From: Alkalispirochaeta sp.
Lineage (GTDB): Bacteria > Spirochaetota > Spirochaetia > DSM-27196 > Alkalispirochaetaceae
NCBI GenBank assembly: GCA_965242725.1
Contig: CBDESZ010000026.1
Location: 1-64,000 of the forward strand
Direction: 5' to 3'
DNA: 64,000 nucleotides
Position numbers and translations under genes: made by a program. Below are positions 1 to 11,269 of the stretch, in pieces (within the stretch, counting starts at the first letter, position 1; every line of letters starts with the position of its first letter). The notes beneath the pieces were generated by a model. It was not told the DNA's origin. It did no database searches and worked only from the letters and a program-made list of their open reading frames with translations.

Positions 1-331
1 GGCCGCGGCGGAGTCCGTCGCCGCAACGATGCATCTCGCCGGCGGTGACGTGCGCTATGGCGAGGCCTATCCCGCGTGGCCTCCCCGGCCGGAAAGTCCG
101 ATAGTTGATACGGCGGTGGAAACCTATAGACGGGTATTCCACGACGAACCAACGGTGGGCGCATTTCACGCAGGCCTCGAATGCGGGGTCATCGGTGACA
201 AGGTCGGTAATATGGATATGATCTCCTTTGGCCCGGAGATGTCGGGGGTCCATACACCGGAAGAACGGGTAAGCATCCCTTCAACGGAGCGGACGTGGCA
301 TCTCCTGCTTGAGATTTTTGCGGCGATCTGA
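1..331 (+). CDS. pepD: Aminoacyl-histidine dipeptidase (PepD/M20 family), C-terminal part; begins before window
   Basis: Frame open from base 2; HAGLECG and SFGP..HTPEE motifs typical of the PepD C-terminus. Confidence 0.85.
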   Translation, partial: AAAESVAATMHLAGGDVRYGEAYPAWPPRPESPIVDTAVETYRRVFHDEPTVGAFHAGLECGVIGDKVGNMDMISFGPEMSGVHTPEERVSIPSTERTWHLLLEIFAAI

Positions 332-350
332 TGAACCGAAAAATCGGTCG

Positions 351-379
351 TTGCCTTCCGCGGTTCAAGGCATTACGGT
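351..379 (+). promoter_or_regulatory. Putative sigma70 promoter for the response regulator gene
   Basis: TTGCCT-N17-TACGGT, followed by AGGA RBS before ATG 399. Confidence 0.4.
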
Positions 380-398
380 GTAGAAAGGAAAATAAGAT

Positions 399-764
399 AT
401 GGGTAAACGAATATTAGTAGTCGATGATTCCGCAGCGGTACGGCAAAGTGTCTCCTTTGTTCTCGAACAGGAAGGGTATGAAATCGTTCAGGCTGACGAC
501 GGAAGTACGGCACTGAAGAAACTTGATGGTGATCCCTATGCACTGATCATCTCGGATGTAAACATGCCCACCATGGACGGGATCGAGCTCACCCGGCGGA
601 TACGTCAGGAGGAGGCGTACAAATTTACGCCCGTCGTCATACTCACGACGGAATCACAGGCAGACAAGATGAACTCAGGCAAAGAGGCGGGCGCCACGGG
701 GTGGATCGTCAAGCCCTTCAACTCCGAGAAATTGCTCCAGGTGGTGAAGCGGCTCGCCGGATAG
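399..764 (+). CDS. cheY: Stand-alone CheY-like response regulator
   Basis: 121-aa receiver domain: VVDDS, DVNMPTMDG, TPVVILTTE, GATGWIVKPF. Confidence 0.85.
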   Translation: MGKRILVVDDSAAVRQSVSFVLEQEGYEIVQADDGSTALKKLDGDPYALIISDVNMPTMDGIELTRRIRQEEAYKFTPVVILTTESQADKMNSGKEAGATGWIVKPFNSEKLLQVVKRLAG

Positions 765-783
765 GTTCGTATTCGAGGAAAAC

Positions 784-1365
784 ATGAACGCGATTACAGT
801 TATCCTGTTGGCCCTTGCGATACACAGCGGCGGTGTTGATGTCGATACCGCTCGGGATGTGGAGCTGCACTGGTACGATCAGGGCCACCCCAGGGGGACG
901 TGGACAATGACCGGCCGGGAAGAAGGACTCTACCGCTTCTCCGGAACGGCAGGGGAGTTGGATATTCGCCGTCTACCCGAGAGGGATCTTACGTACGCCG
1001 TTACCGGATCCGATACAGAGGGAGCACGGCCGTTTCTTGGGATTCTCACGCTGCCGGTGGAAGGCAATATTTCGGCGGTACGCCGGGAGGATGTGCTCGT
1101 TGCATTCACCCGTCCCGCACCATCCGCTGCCGATTCCGTCGGGAACGCCGGGGCAGGGGATGCCGGACAGATGACCGCTGCGGCGCCGACCGGAACGGCG
1201 GGTAACGGGGAATCCGCGCCGCAGCCCCGTGCCGGGATGGGCGGAGATGAAGGCTCCGCGACGTCAGACGCCGCCTCTCCGGGCATAACCGTGCGAAACG
1301 CCCGCGGATTGGTGACGACCGGCGACAGCGGGAGCGGGCAGATTGTCGTTCTGCGCTTCTTTTAA
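784..1365 (+). CDS. Hypothetical exported protein with an Ala/Gly/Ser-rich low-complexity segment
   Basis: GAGG RBS; hydrophobic N-terminus; fills the gap between cheY and the phosphatase. Confidence 0.55.
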   Translation: MNAITVILLALAIHSGGVDVDTARDVELHWYDQGHPRGTWTMTGREEGLYRFSGTAGELDIRRLPERDLTYAVTGSDTEGARPFLGILTLPVEGNISAVRREDVLVAFTRPAPSAADSVGNAGAGDAGQMTAAAPTGTAGNGESAPQPRAGMGGDEGSATSDAASPGITVRNARGLVTTGDSGSGQIVVLRFF

Positions 1366-1376
1366 GTATTGATACT

Positions 1377-1898
1377 ATGGCGATTAAAATAATCTTTGTC
1401 TGTTCAGGAAATATCTGCAGGAGTCCCCTTGCCCACAGAATGATGGAACACCATGCGCGGGAGCGTCATCTCGAAGAGCGTGTGGAGGTTGAATCTTCCG
1501 GTACGGGAGCGTGGCACGTCGGTGAGGACGCAGACGGACGCATGCGGCGTGTTGCCGCCCGTCACGGTCTCGTATTTCATCATCCCGCCCGGCAACTTTC
1601 ACGGACGGACCTCTCGGAGGGTGATCTTATCTTCGCCATGGATAGAGGCCACTATCGGGAGATCCTCGCGGCGGGAAGACATACTTCCATAAATGAAGAT
1701 GATTTACGGTCTCGTCTGTATCTCTTCCGTCAGTTTGATCCCGATGCGGCGGAGACGGTGCCACTGCCCGTTGATGAAACGCCCGATGTGGCGGACCCCT
1801 ATTACGGCGGTGACCGCGGTTTTGAAGAGGTGTACCGCATCGTCGACCGTACCTGCACGCGGATCCTTGACGAAATCGAAGCGGGACGGTTGCCGTGA
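1377..1898 (+). CDS. Low-molecular-weight protein-tyrosine phosphatase
   Basis: FVCSGNICRSP P-loop and DPYYG motif. Confidence 0.92.
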   Translation: MAIKIIFVCSGNICRSPLAHRMMEHHARERHLEERVEVESSGTGAWHVGEDADGRMRRVAARHGLVFHHPARQLSRTDLSEGDLIFAMDRGHYREILAAGRHTSINEDDLRSRLYLFRQFDPDAAETVPLPVDETPDVADPYYGGDRGFEEVYRIVDRTCTRILDEIEAGRLP

Positions 1899-2835
1899 CC
1901 GTCCCGGATGAAGGGGAAGGCCTCCCGGTAATCGATATTTCCGACATCCTCTTTGATACGGCGGACCTGGATACGCTTGTGCGTGCACTCTGGGGCGAGG
2001 GCGTTTCCGTAGTCCGTCGCCGCACCGTCGGCGGAGGCAGCATAAACCGCACGGAAGAGGTAGAGCTCGCTCCGGAGCGGCTGATCTTTGTGAAACTGAA
2101 CTCAAGGGATCACACGGGTTTGTTTGAGGAAGAAGCTCGTGGCTTGCGGGCGTTGCGCGTATCCGGTGGACCCCGCGTCCCCGCTCCTCTTGCAATCGGA
2201 AGGGGGGAGCGCACCCAGATACTCATCATGGAGTACATTGAGGCCGGCCGCAAGAACGCGGCGTACTACCGGCAACTGGGTGTTTCTCTCTTGCCACCCT
2301 CCACCGCGGGCGACGCAATCGGCGCTGCGGATTCGACAGGGACAACCATATCGGCGAGACACCACAGCACAACAGTTGGGATGACGACTGGTTCCGATTT
2401 TTCGGCGAGCAGCGTCTCCTTTTTCAGGCGCGCCTCGCGCGGCACCGGGGATATGATGACGGCGGGATGGTTCGGCAGGTTGAAGCGGTGATACGGCGGC
2501 TACCCGATATGTTGCCGCCTCCCGATGAAGGCGAGGCGTCGCTGCTCCATGGGGATCTCTGGGGTGGAAATATCATGGCCGCAGGGGATGGGACTCCGGT
2601 TCTCATCGATCCGGCGGCGTACTTCGGTCACCGTGAAGCGGATCTCGCCATGACCCGTCTCTTCGGAGGATTCGGGAGTGATTTTTATCGCGCCTATCAC
2701 GAAACGTGGCCTCTGGAGGCCGGTTTTGAGGAACGGGTGGACATTTACAACCTGTATCATCTGTTGAATCACCTGAATCTATTCGGCACGTTATACCTGG
2801 CCGGATGCCGGTCCATTCTCCGCCGGTACGCCTGA
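1895..2835 (+). pseudogene. Fructosamine kinase family protein, frameshifted near 2290 (possibly sequencing error)
   Basis: GGGSIN/FVKLN N-terminus in one frame; LATLH..GFDRDNHIGETPQ..LLHGDLWGGN..IDPA continues in another; shift lies in a TCTCTC run. Confidence 0.8.
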
Positions 2836-2846
2836 TTGTCGAAGTC

Positions 2847-3699
2847 TCACATATAACCGGCGAATGTGACGACCCGGTAATACCACAGCCCGACAACTTC
2901 CCGTATCGTCCCGGCGCTGAGATAGAATGCGTGGTGGTTGGGCATGAAATCTACGGCTCGCAGGGCCCGGCGGTCAGCCTGATAGGGCGCCGGAGCCGGC
3001 TAATGGGTCCAGTCCCGCCGCCCGGAATGCCTGGAGGGCACGGCGCATATGGTAGGCGCTGGTGACGACAACAACGGTGCGATAGGGGAATTGTTCGGCC
3101 GTACGGCGGGCATTTTCCGCCGTGGTCCGGCTCTCTTCTTCCAGACCGAGGCGGTCCGGCGGAAATCCCAGGTGAAGAAGGAGATCTCCCGCCACTGCCG
3201 CTTCCGGGGGGACGGCGGGATCCGCAAAGACGCGACCGCCGGAAACGACGATGGGCAAATCAAGTGCCGTGGCGAGGCGAAAACCGTAGAGGAGACGGGA
3301 TTCCGCCTCCGGGGCGAGGGCCGCGGCGTCGCCGTCGGATGCTCCGGCAATACGGTGAAGGAGTCCTTCCGAGGGAGTGTCCGCGATGACTCCTCCTCCC
3401 AGAATGACCACCGCATCGGCGGAGCGGAGCGCGGCAACCGGTGCGGGCGGAGTCGATCGTTCCAGGGCAAATCGAATCCGGTCCGAAACTAAGGGTATCG
3501 AGAGAAGGTACATGATCACCGAGGCGGCAAGAAGCGTCCATCCGGTTCGGCCGACGCGTTTCCTTTCGGCCGGGTGCGTTGCGAGTGTGCCCGCCGGCCT
3601 GCCGATGCGGATCAGCAGTAGGGCAAGAACAAAAATGAGAAGAATGAAAAAACCCGGAACAAGAACCCACGGTTCGATATACTTTGAGATCATGTCCAT
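2847..3699 (-). CDS. YdcF/DUF218 family membrane protein; apparent +1 frameshift near 3001 hides the true C-terminus
   Basis: VVILGGG, IVVSGG, ESRTTAENA, VTSAYHMRRA; alternative frame continues PAPAPYQ..DFMP..REVVGLWYY to TGA at 2847. Confidence 0.8.
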
Positions 3700-4277
3700 T
3701 CACTGAAAAGACGGCGGACGATTCCGTCCAGTTCTCCAAGCCAGGTGCGCCTCTGACGCCCGGTGCTCTCCCGTACGTTGTAAAGGGTCTTGAAGGTGAT
3801 CGAATCGATGCCTGAATAACTGAGTATGCGGTCGCGCCAGATCGTACGCATCGGTTCCTGACTCAGCGGATTGGTTTCATCGGTGGTATTGCATATGAGC
3901 GCCCGTTTGCCGGTGAGAAGAGGGACCTTGTGGGGTGTGGTGAACTCCGGACCTTCGTGATCAAAGGCGATTCCCGGCCGGAAGATGCGGTCGATCCATC
4001 CCTTCACGATCGCCGGCGGCATTCCCCACCAGTCGGGGTAGACGATGACGATTCCCCTCGCTTCCCGCAGTTCATGCACGTAGGCTGCAAAGGAGTCGTC
4101 AAAACTGAAGCGCCGCCGAATTTCCTCATTTTCAAGGATCGCCTGAAAATGCTCGGCGTACAGATCATGGCAGTGTACGGTCACCGCTTCTTCTGAAAGG
4201 GTCCGTGTGATTCTGTCTGCAATGACGTGGTTGAAACTTCTGGAATCGGGATGGCCGAGAATAAGGAGAACGCTCAT
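3690..4277 (-). CDS. NAD(P)H-dependent oxidoreductase, flavodoxin-like fold (NQO family)
   Basis: GHPDSRSFN and YPDWWGMPPAIVKGWIDR motifs; GGAG RBS before ATG 4277. Confidence 0.88.
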   Translation of the reverse strand: MSVLLILGHPDSRSFNHVIADRITRTLSEEAVTVHCHDLYAEHFQAILENEEIRRRFSFDDSFAAYVHELREARGIVIVYPDWWGMPPAIVKGWIDRIFRPGIAFDHEGPEFTTPHKVPLLTGKRALICNTTDETNPLSQEPMRTIWRDRILSYSGIDSITFKTLYNVRESTGRQRRTWLGELDGIVRRLFSEWT

Positions 4278-4390
4278 TGCCGCTCCTCCCGGGAAAAACC
4301 TGATAAGAATCGTTCTGAAAAATCGCGAAAGTGCTTGAAGGTAGCAGCCATTTACCAGTACTTTACCACACAAGTTAGGGAAGGTGAACA

Positions 4391-4693
4391 ATGGTTAGCA
4401 GGACTGACATATTAGAGTCGCTCAAGAAGGTAATTGATCCGGAAATCGGTCTCAATATAGTGGACGTCGGTTTGATATATCGGGTGGATGTCTCGGAGGA
4501 ACAGGTCGAAGTCGACTTTACCCTCACCACTCCGGCGTGTCCGCTGGGAGATACGATCAACAATGACATACTCACGGTACTGCGTGAGGATCACGGTCTG
4601 GATGCAGTGGTGACAAATCTTGTCTGGAATCCGCCGTGGAGTCTCGAGTTTATGAGTGAGGAAGCCCGCCTGGAATTGGGTTATCCCATCTGA
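4391..4693 (+). CDS. sufT: SUF-associated metal-sulfur cluster assembly factor (SufT/DUF59)
   Basis: DPE..NIVDVGL, TLTTPACP and WNPPW motifs; first gene of the suf operon. Confidence 0.9.
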   Translation: MVSRTDILESLKKVIDPEIGLNIVDVGLIYRVDVSEEQVEVDFTLTTPACPLGDTINNDILTVLREDHGLDAVVTNLVWNPPWSLEFMSEEARLELGYPI

Positions 4694-4735
4694 TTGACTG
4701 ACTGCAATTCAACGAGTAAAGCAAGGAGTACTTTG

Positions 4736-5518
4736 ATGAAAATCGAAATAAAGAATTTACAGGCCCGGATAGGGGATACCCCGATACTGAACGGCGTCGA
4801 TCTGACCCTTCACAGCGGCGAGGTGCACGCCCTGATGGGACCGAACGGTTCGGGTAAATCGACACTGTCCAACGTGATTTTCGGCAGTGAGACCTATGAA
4901 GTTACCGGCGGAGAGATCCTCGTGGACGGCGAAAATATCCTCGAAATGGAAACCCATGAGCGGGCGCAGCTTGGGCTTTTTCTCGCCTTTCAGTATCCCG
5001 TCGAAATACCCGGCGTATCGGTCGGCCGTTTTCTGAAGCGGGCCTCGGAGATCCGTTTTGACGAGGGTGACGAGCACCGGAAAAAATTCGTCAAGAATCT
5101 GCGGGCAAACATGACGTTCATGGATATCGACCAGCAGTTCATCAACCGCTACCTCAATGAGGGGTTTTCGGGCGGTGAAAAGAAGCGTATGGAAATTCTC
5201 CAGATGCTGATGCTGGAACCGCAGTTCGCGATCCTCGATGAAACGGACAGCGGTCTGGACATCGACGCTTTGAAGATCGTCGCCCGGGGTGTCAATAAAC
5301 TGCGGGAAGAGACCGATTTCGGGGCACTGGTTATTACCCACTACCAGCGGATTCTTGACCACATAAAACCCGATTACGTCCACATCATGTATCAGGGGCG
5401 GATCGTTACCTCCGGCGGAAACGAGCTCGTGGAAGAGCTGGAGGCGCGCGGCTATGACTGGGTCAAGAAGCAGCACGGTATACAGGAGGAGGAGCGAAAT
5501 GAGCAGCCCACAGGTTGA
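4736..5518 (+). CDS. sufC: Fe-S cluster assembly ATPase SufC
   Basis: [41 protein letters not shown]. Confidence 0.96.
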   Translation: MKIEIKNLQARIGDTPILNGVDLTLHSGEVHALMGPNGSGKSTLSNVIFGSETYEVTGGEILVDGENILEMETHERAQLGLFLAFQYPVEIPGVSVGRFLKRASEIRFDEGDEHRKKFVKNLRANMTFMDIDQQFINRYLNEGFSGGEKKRMEILQMLMLEPQFAILDETDSGLDIDALKIVARGVNKLREETDFGALVITHYQRILDHIKPDYVHIMYQGRIVTSGGNELVEELEARGYDWVKKQHGIQEEERNEQPTG

Positions 5519-6899
5519 CATAGGCGATTACAAATACGGATTTCATTACGAGGACAAATCGGTCTTCAAGACGCGGAAGGGTCTGGACGCAGACGTTGTG
5601 CGGTCGATATCGGCGGCCAAGAATGAGCCCGACTGGATGCTTGAGTTTCGGCTCAAGTCGCTGGACGCCTTCAACTCCAAGCCGATGCCGACGTGGGGAG
5701 CCGATCTCGGTGATATCGATTTCAACGATATCATCTACTACGCCCGGCCGACGGAGACGGCAGGCGCGCGAAGCTGGGATGATCTGCCGCCGGAAATCAA
5801 GGAGACATACGACCGCCTTGGTATCCCCGAAGCGGAACAGAAATTTCTCGCCGGCGTCGGTGCCCAGTACGACTCCGAGGTCGTCTATCACAGCATCAAG
5901 GAAGATCTGGAGAAGATGGGCGTCCTTTTTCTCTCACCGGAACAGGCGATCGAGCAGCATCCGGAGATTGTGAAGAAGTATTTCGGCACCGTGATTCCCT
6001 ATAACGACAACAAGTTTGCCGCTCTGAACAGCGCCGTGTGGAGCGGCGGAAGTTTTGTCTACGTACCCAAAGGGGTCAGGGTGGACGTCCCGCTCCAGGC
6101 GTACTTCCGGATTAACTCCGAGAGTTTCGGCCAGTTTGAACGGACCCTTATCATCGCCGACGAGGGAAGTTTTGTTCACTACGTGGAGGGGTGTACCGCG
6201 CCGATTTATACGAAAGACAGTCTCCACAGCGCGGTTGTTGAAATCATCGCCCTTGACGGCGCGCGGGTGCGCTATTCGACGATTCAGAACTGGTCGAGCG
6301 ACGTCTACAACCTCGTCACGAAACGTGCGGTTGCCAACAGGAACGCCACCGTTGAATGGGTGGACGGCAATCTGGGCAGCAAGCGAACGATGAAATACCC
6401 CGCCGTCTATCTCATGGGGGAGGGCTCCCACGGTGAGGTTCTCTCCATTGCATTTGCAGGTAAAGGGCAGGAGCAGGACTCCGGCGGAAAGATCATACAT
6501 GCCGCCAGCAACACCAGCTCCCAGATCACCTCCAAATCGATAAGCAAGGACGGCGGGGTCGCCACCTATCGCGGTCATATTCGCGTGGAAGAAGGGGTTG
6601 AAAACGCACGGAGCAAAGTTGAATGTGACGCCCTTCTCATCGACGGCGACAGCACCACCAACACCTATCCCTACATGGACATCAAGTCCGACGACGTCGC
6701 CATTGAGCATGAGGCGACGGTAAGTAAGATCTCCGACGATCAGGTCTTTTACCTCATGAGCCGCGGCCTCAGTGAAGAGGAAGCGGCGACGATGATCGTC
6801 AACGGATTTCTTGATCCCCTGGTGAAGCAGTTGCCCATGGAGTACGCGGTAGAGCTGAACCGCCTGATTGAACTTGAAATGGAGGGCTCCGTCGGATGA
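5499..6899 (+). CDS. sufB: Fe-S cluster assembly protein SufB
   Basis: [33 protein letters not shown]-terminal EMEGSVG. Confidence 0.97.
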   Translation: MSSPQVDIGDYKYGFHYEDKSVFKTRKGLDADVVRSISAAKNEPDWMLEFRLKSLDAFNSKPMPTWGADLGDIDFNDIIYYARPTETAGARSWDDLPPEIKETYDRLGIPEAEQKFLAGVGAQYDSEVVYHSIKEDLEKMGVLFLSPEQAIEQHPEIVKKYFGTVIPYNDNKFAALNSAVWSGGSFVYVPKGVRVDVPLQAYFRINSESFGQFERTLIIADEGSFVHYVEGCTAPIYTKDSLHSAVVEIIALDGARVRYSTIQNWSSDVYNLVTKRAVANRNATVEWVDGNLGSKRTMKYPAVYLMGEGSHGEVLSIAFAGKGQEQDSGGKIIHAASNTSSQITSKSISKDGGVATYRGHIRVEEGVENARSKVECDALLIDGDSTTNTYPYMDIKSDDVAIEHEATVSKISDDQVFYLMSRGLSEEEAATMIVNGFLDPLVKQLPMEYAVELNRLIELEMEGSVG

Positions 6900-8200
6900 G
6901 CAGTCAGACAATTCACGATACTACGGCGGAGTCGATAGAACGGTTCATCGCCGATCGGAAGGAACCGGAGTGGATCACAGAGGTACGTCGTACCGCCCTC
7001 GATCGTTTTCGCGATATGGAGTGGCCGACAACCCAGGACGAGGAGTTTCGTCGCAGCGACGTCTCAAACTACCGGTTTGACCGCTACCAGCCGATAGTGA
7101 CCGGGGGAGTGCCGGCCGGTGTGGAAGTGCCCGTCGTGCATTCCGGCATCATCGAGTTCCACGGCACATCAGCCCAGCGCCGCGCCCTTGCGGAGGGGCT
7201 GGCGGAGAAAGGTGTCGTCTTCATCTCTCTTGAGGAAGCGATAGCGGACGAGCTTGATGGTTCAGTCGCCGACGCGGTCAAAGAAGCGCTCCTCAAAGGA
7301 GTGGCAAACGCGGACAACCGCCTCTCTCTCTGGCACTATGCGACGATAACACACGGCGTCATACTCTACGTTCCGAGGTTCCTGGAACTCAAAGATCCCT
7401 TTGTCGTCTCGTTGTACGATGATGAGGATGGAGAGGAAATTTTTCGATCTCCTCAGGTCGTTGCCGTCGCCGCGGAAGGCGCGCGCTTTTCCCTGGTCGT
7501 GAAAACGACGCAGGCCGAAGAGGGCGAAATACTCTACAACGAAGGAGTTGACATTGTGGTGGGCGACGCCGGGCAGGTTGAGTACTTTGCGCTGCAGAAC
7601 GTCAACATAGATTCAACCTATATCTCAAACGGCATTGCCTCGGTCGGACGGGATGCGACCTACCATGGTTACACAGCCGCATTCGGCGGGATGTTCAGCA
7701 AGTATCGCTTTGATGCGGAGATGGTCGGTGCCGGCGGCGACGCCTTTCTGGGCGGCGCATACTTCCCCCACGAGGATCAGCACATCGACCTGCGAACGGT
7801 GCAGCGGCACCTCGGGACAAACGCCCACAGCCTGACCCTCTACAAGGGAGCCGTGACCGACGAGGCGCACAGCGTTTATCAGGGCCTTATCAGTGTCGAC
7901 CATGACGCGCTGAGCACCGATGCCTACCTGACCAACAACAACCTCGTCCTCGGCGACGATGCGCAGGCGGATTCAATTCCGACGCTGCAGATACACACCG
8001 ACGAGGTTCGGTGCAGCCATGGATCAACGACGGGTAAACTGGACGCACGACAGCTGTACTATCTGGAAACCCGGGGTTACTCTCCGGAAGAGGCGCGGCA
8101 TATCCTCGTGCAGGGCTTCTTTGAACAGGTGCTCGGCCACTATCCAGAGGTGGTGTCGGACGAGCTGCATGAGATAATTGAACGGAGAATCACCGACTGA
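6896..8200 (+). CDS. sufD: Fe-S cluster assembly protein SufD
   Basis: PTLQI..CSHG..YLETRG motif; overlaps the sufB stop. Confidence 0.92.
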   Translation: MSSQTIHDTTAESIERFIADRKEPEWITEVRRTALDRFRDMEWPTTQDEEFRRSDVSNYRFDRYQPIVTGGVPAGVEVPVVHSGIIEFHGTSAQRRALAEGLAEKGVVFISLEEAIADELDGSVADAVKEALLKGVANADNRLSLWHYATITHGVILYVPRFLELKDPFVVSLYDDEDGEEIFRSPQVVAVAAEGARFSLVVKTTQAEEGEILYNEGVDIVVGDAGQVEYFALQNVNIDSTYISNGIASVGRDATYHGYTAAFGGMFSKYRFDAEMVGAGGDAFLGGAYFPHEDQHIDLRTVQRHLGTNAHSLTLYKGAVTDEAHSVYQGLISVDHDALSTDAYLTNNNLVLGDDAQADSIPTLQIHTDEVRCSHGSTTGKLDARQLYYLETRGYSPEEARHILVQGFFEQVLGHYPEVVSDELHEIIERRITD

Positions 8201-8206
8201 TCGCCT

Positions 8207-8509
8207 ATGGCAAAATGGCGGGAAGTATGCAGGGAAGGGGACTTTCAGCGAACCTACAAGTTCGTCCACCGTCGCAAGGAAGTCGCCCTCTTCAAGCTCC
8301 CTGACGGGATTTATGCGACGGAGAACTCATGCAGCCACGAATACTCGGAGCTGAGCGAGGGTATGATCATGGGTGACGACGTCTATTGCCCGAAACACGG
8401 TTCCCGCTTTGATATTCGAAGCGGGGCGGTGCGGGACCTTCCCGCGACGCGGCCGGTAAAAACCTACGACGTAAAGGTGGAAGACGGCGTCGTCTATGTC
8501 AAAGTCTGA
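8207..8509 (+). CDS. Rieske [2Fe-2S] ferredoxin
   Basis: CSH...CPKH Rieske ligands. Confidence 0.9.
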   Translation: MAKWREVCREGDFQRTYKFVHRRKEVALFKLPDGIYATENSCSHEYSELSEGMIMGDDVYCPKHGSRFDIRSGAVRDLPATRPVKTYDVKVEDGVVYVKV

Positions 8510-9476
8510 TCCAGTTCATACCGAAGCGCTGGCTCCGGGCGACGCCGCCCGGGCCGGTGCAATACTCGCCGCCGGCGGTCTCGTCGTTTTTCCAACGGAA
8601 ACGGTATATGGTCTCGGCGCATCTGCCGTAGACGCCGACGCGGTGAGGCGGGTATTTGCCGCAAAAGAGCGTCCCGCCGACAATCCCCTGATCGTGCACT
8701 TTTCACATCCCCGGGACGTCATGCGTCTGCTTCCGGCCGGCGGGAACGATCTCGTTCCTCTGGTGGAGGCCCTCATGCCGGGACCTTTCACGGCCGTTGT
8801 GGACGCGCCGCCGTGGGCGCCGGACGTTGTCCGGGCCGGCCTGGACAGCATCGCCGTACGTGTGCCTTCCCTCCCGGCGGCGCGGGACATCATTGCCGAG
8901 GCGGGAGTTCCCGTTGCCGCGCCGAGCGCAAACCGCAGCGGCAGGCCAAGTCCCACAACCTTTGAAATGGCCTGGGAAGAAATGGCCGGTCGTGTTGCGG
9001 CGATTATGGACGGCGGCGACTGCCCCATCGGTATTGAGTCGACGGTGGTGGATCTCCGGCAGCCGGGAGTGCTTACAATTCTTCGGCCCGGACAGATCAC
9101 TACGGAAGAGCTTCAACGTCATTCCGACAGGACGATCCGGCACTCCGGCGGGGAAGGGCACCGCTCCCCCGGCACGAAATATCGCCACTACCATCCGGGA
9201 ATACCCGTCTTTGCCGTCCCCGCACCGCTGTGGGAACGGGCCGGCGAGGAAGCACGGGCGCGCTTTTCCGCCGTATGCTCCCGGCGCATTTCCGATTTCG
9301 GCGATCTTGACCGCTATACCGGCGAGTTATACCGGACGCTCTGGCGGGCCGAACGGGACGGAGCTGCCTGTATTCTCCTTGAGGACGTTTCCGATGAATG
9401 TGCGTCGGGACTTGCGGACCGGCTCCATCGTGCCGCCGACGGAATCTACAGCCCCGGCATGATCACTGCGTTCTGA
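8496..9476 (+). CDS. sua5: L-threonylcarbamoyladenylate synthase (Sua5/TsaC)
   Basis: FPTETVYGLG, KERPADNPLIVH, APSANRSG, ESTVVD, PGTKYRHY. Confidence 0.93.
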   Translation: MSKSDPVHTEALAPGDAARAGAILAAGGLVVFPTETVYGLGASAVDADAVRRVFAAKERPADNPLIVHFSHPRDVMRLLPAGGNDLVPLVEALMPGPFTAVVDAPPWAPDVVRAGLDSIAVRVPSLPAARDIIAEAGVPVAAPSANRSGRPSPTTFEMAWEEMAGRVAAIMDGGDCPIGIESTVVDLRQPGVLTILRPGQITTEELQRHSDRTIRHSGGEGHRSPGTKYRHYHPGIPVFAVPAPLWERAGEEARARFSAVCSRRISDFGDLDRYTGELYRTLWRAERDGAACILLEDVSDECASGLADRLHRAADGIYSPGMITAF

Positions 9477-9534
9477 CGGCTGTATCCACAATCGTGTTGC
9501 ACCGCCTGTGCCTGCCGGCGTGGGTACCCGCTCA

Positions 9535-9858
9535 TCACGCCGCCTCAAGACTTTCCGGCACAACAGACCCGTACACATCCGCCCGACACTGGGAGAACTC
9601 TCCGTTGATTCGATTGATCACCTCCCGGGTATGTTGCCGCAGCCGATGCCGGATCAGCCGGTCCACATAGTTCACCGGAAAGAGCGGATTCAGCATCGTC
9701 CGAGGGGCGGTACTGGGAGTCATGCGATGTTCGGCACAAATAGGCCGCGTGGACATGGCGGAATATCGGTGAGCGCTCCCCGATGCGCCGATACCCCGGT
9801 GCAGATCGGTATCGATAATCGCCGGGAGGTGTGGGTTGAGGTCGAGATACGACCACAA
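9535..9858 (-). CDS. Possible small hypothetical protein (start uncertain)
   Basis: Co-directional with mtaB and fills a ~420 bp gap; only the C-terminal ~60 aa look protein-like. Confidence 0.3.
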   Translation of the reverse strand: MWSYLDLNPHLPAIIDTDLHRGIGASGSAHRYSAMSTRPICAEHRMTPSTAPRTMLNPLFPVNYVDRLIRHRLRQHTREVINRINGEFSQCRADVYGSVVPESLEAA

Positions 9859-9901
9859 TTCATTCCCTATACCGACAAGAGCTGTATCGCTTCATGAAAC
9901 A

Positions 9902-11269
9902 TCATTGTGTATACAGCCCAAGGAGCTCGGGTTCCGGGCTGTCGGTCAGGCCGTCGGGGGTGACCCGGTAGAACTCATTGGATTTCAGTTCACCCGTGGA
10001 CGTCACGACGACCGGTACGTAGTATTCGCTCAGACCACGACCTGTCCATGTGCCGTCAGGGGACGGGGAAACACGTTCCAGAAGAACACGCTGGGGAACA
10101 CCGAGCAGTGTCGTCCGATACCGCCGTTTTTCTTCTTCCGCGATGTGCCTCAGTGACTCGCCACGCCGCACTGCCGTGCGATGAGGAACCTTGTCGGCCA
10201 TCCGTTCCGCCCGTGTGCCGTTCCTGACGGAAAAGGGAAATGCGTGAACGTGGCCGAACCGTGATTCCCGCACCAACGTGAGTGTCTCGTGAAAATCCTC
10301 GTCCCGTTCACCGGGAAAGGCGACGATGATATCGGTGGTGATATTGAACAGGGGATTGTCGGTGCGCAGACGGGCTACCGCATCCGAAAACTGCCGCCGA
10401 CCATACATGCGGCGCATGGCGAGCAGTACCTTGTCGCTTCCGCTCTGAGCACAAAGATGAAGGTGAGGGCACATTTTGGGGTGCTGAAAAAGGGAAAAAA
10501 ACGACTCATCAAGGCCGTCAGGCTCCAGCGATGAAATGCGGAGTCGAAAATCCCCGGGAATATCGAGCATCCGTTCCACAAGGGAGGGGAAATCCGTTCC
10601 GTCGCTCCATCGGTAGCGGCTCATATTGACACCGGTGAGAACGAGTTCCCTGCTTCCCTTTTCCACCGCTTCCGTCGCCTCGGCGATAATCGCGTCGGGA
10701 GCGCGGCTCGCCGCGCGGCCCCGCACAAAGGGGATAATGCAAAATGTGCAGAAATTGTCGCATCCGTCCTGAACCTTGATGTTGGTACGAGTGTGAAAGA
10801 CTCTGCCCGGTACGGAGAACCCGAATATTCCCGGATCGAGCGCGTCGGGGTCGGGTATTTCACCCCGGAAATGCGCCTCAAGGATGTCGGGAATTGTGTT
10901 CTTGTGGACATTGTCCACCAGATAAGTTGCACCCTCTTCCGGATCGGCGACGCGATCGGGAGCGGGGCGGTGGTCCCCGGCGTTCCCGCGGGAGGACTCC
11001 CGGTCCCGCCGGCGGCTTTCGGTAAAGCAGCCGGTCAGTACGACGATCGCATCGGGCCCGCCGAGCCGCCGTGCCCTGTACACGGTGTTCCGGCTCTTCC
11101 GGTCCGCCTTGTTGGTGACGGTACACGAATTGACGACATAGGCATCGGCTCCCTCCCGAAAGGGCACGATTGAGTACCCCCGGTCCTGGAGCGTCGTTGC
11201 AATAGAATCGGACTCATAATGGTTGAGTTTGCAGCCAAGTGTTTCAAAGGCAACGCTCCGGCCGTTCAT
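9902..11269 (-). CDS. mtaB: tRNA t6A37 methylthiotransferase MtaB (radical SAM)
   Basis: TLGCKLN, NSCTVT, QDGCDNFCTFCIIP; C-terminal TRAM-like region. Confidence 0.92.
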   Translation of the reverse strand: MNGRSVAFETLGCKLNHYESDSIATTLQDRGYSIVPFREGADAYVVNSCTVTNKADRKSRNTVYRARRLGGPDAIVVLTGCFTESRRRDRESSRGNAGDHRPAPDRVADPEEGATYLVDNVHKNTIPDILEAHFRGEIPDPDALDPGIFGFSVPGRVFHTRTNIKVQDGCDNFCTFCIIPFVRGRAASRAPDAIIAEATEAVEKGSRELVLTGVNMSRYRWSDGTDFPSLVERMLDIPGDFRLRISSLEPDGLDESFFSLFQHPKMCPHLHLCAQSGSDKVLLAMRRMYGRRQFSDAVARLRTDNPLFNITTDIIVAFPGERDEDFHETLTLVRESRFGHVHAFPFSVRNGTRAERMADKVPHRTAVRRGESLRHIAEEEKRRYRTTLLGVPQRVLLERVSPSPDGTWTGRGLSEYYVPVVVTSTGELKSNEFYRVTPDGLTDSPEPELLGLYTQ

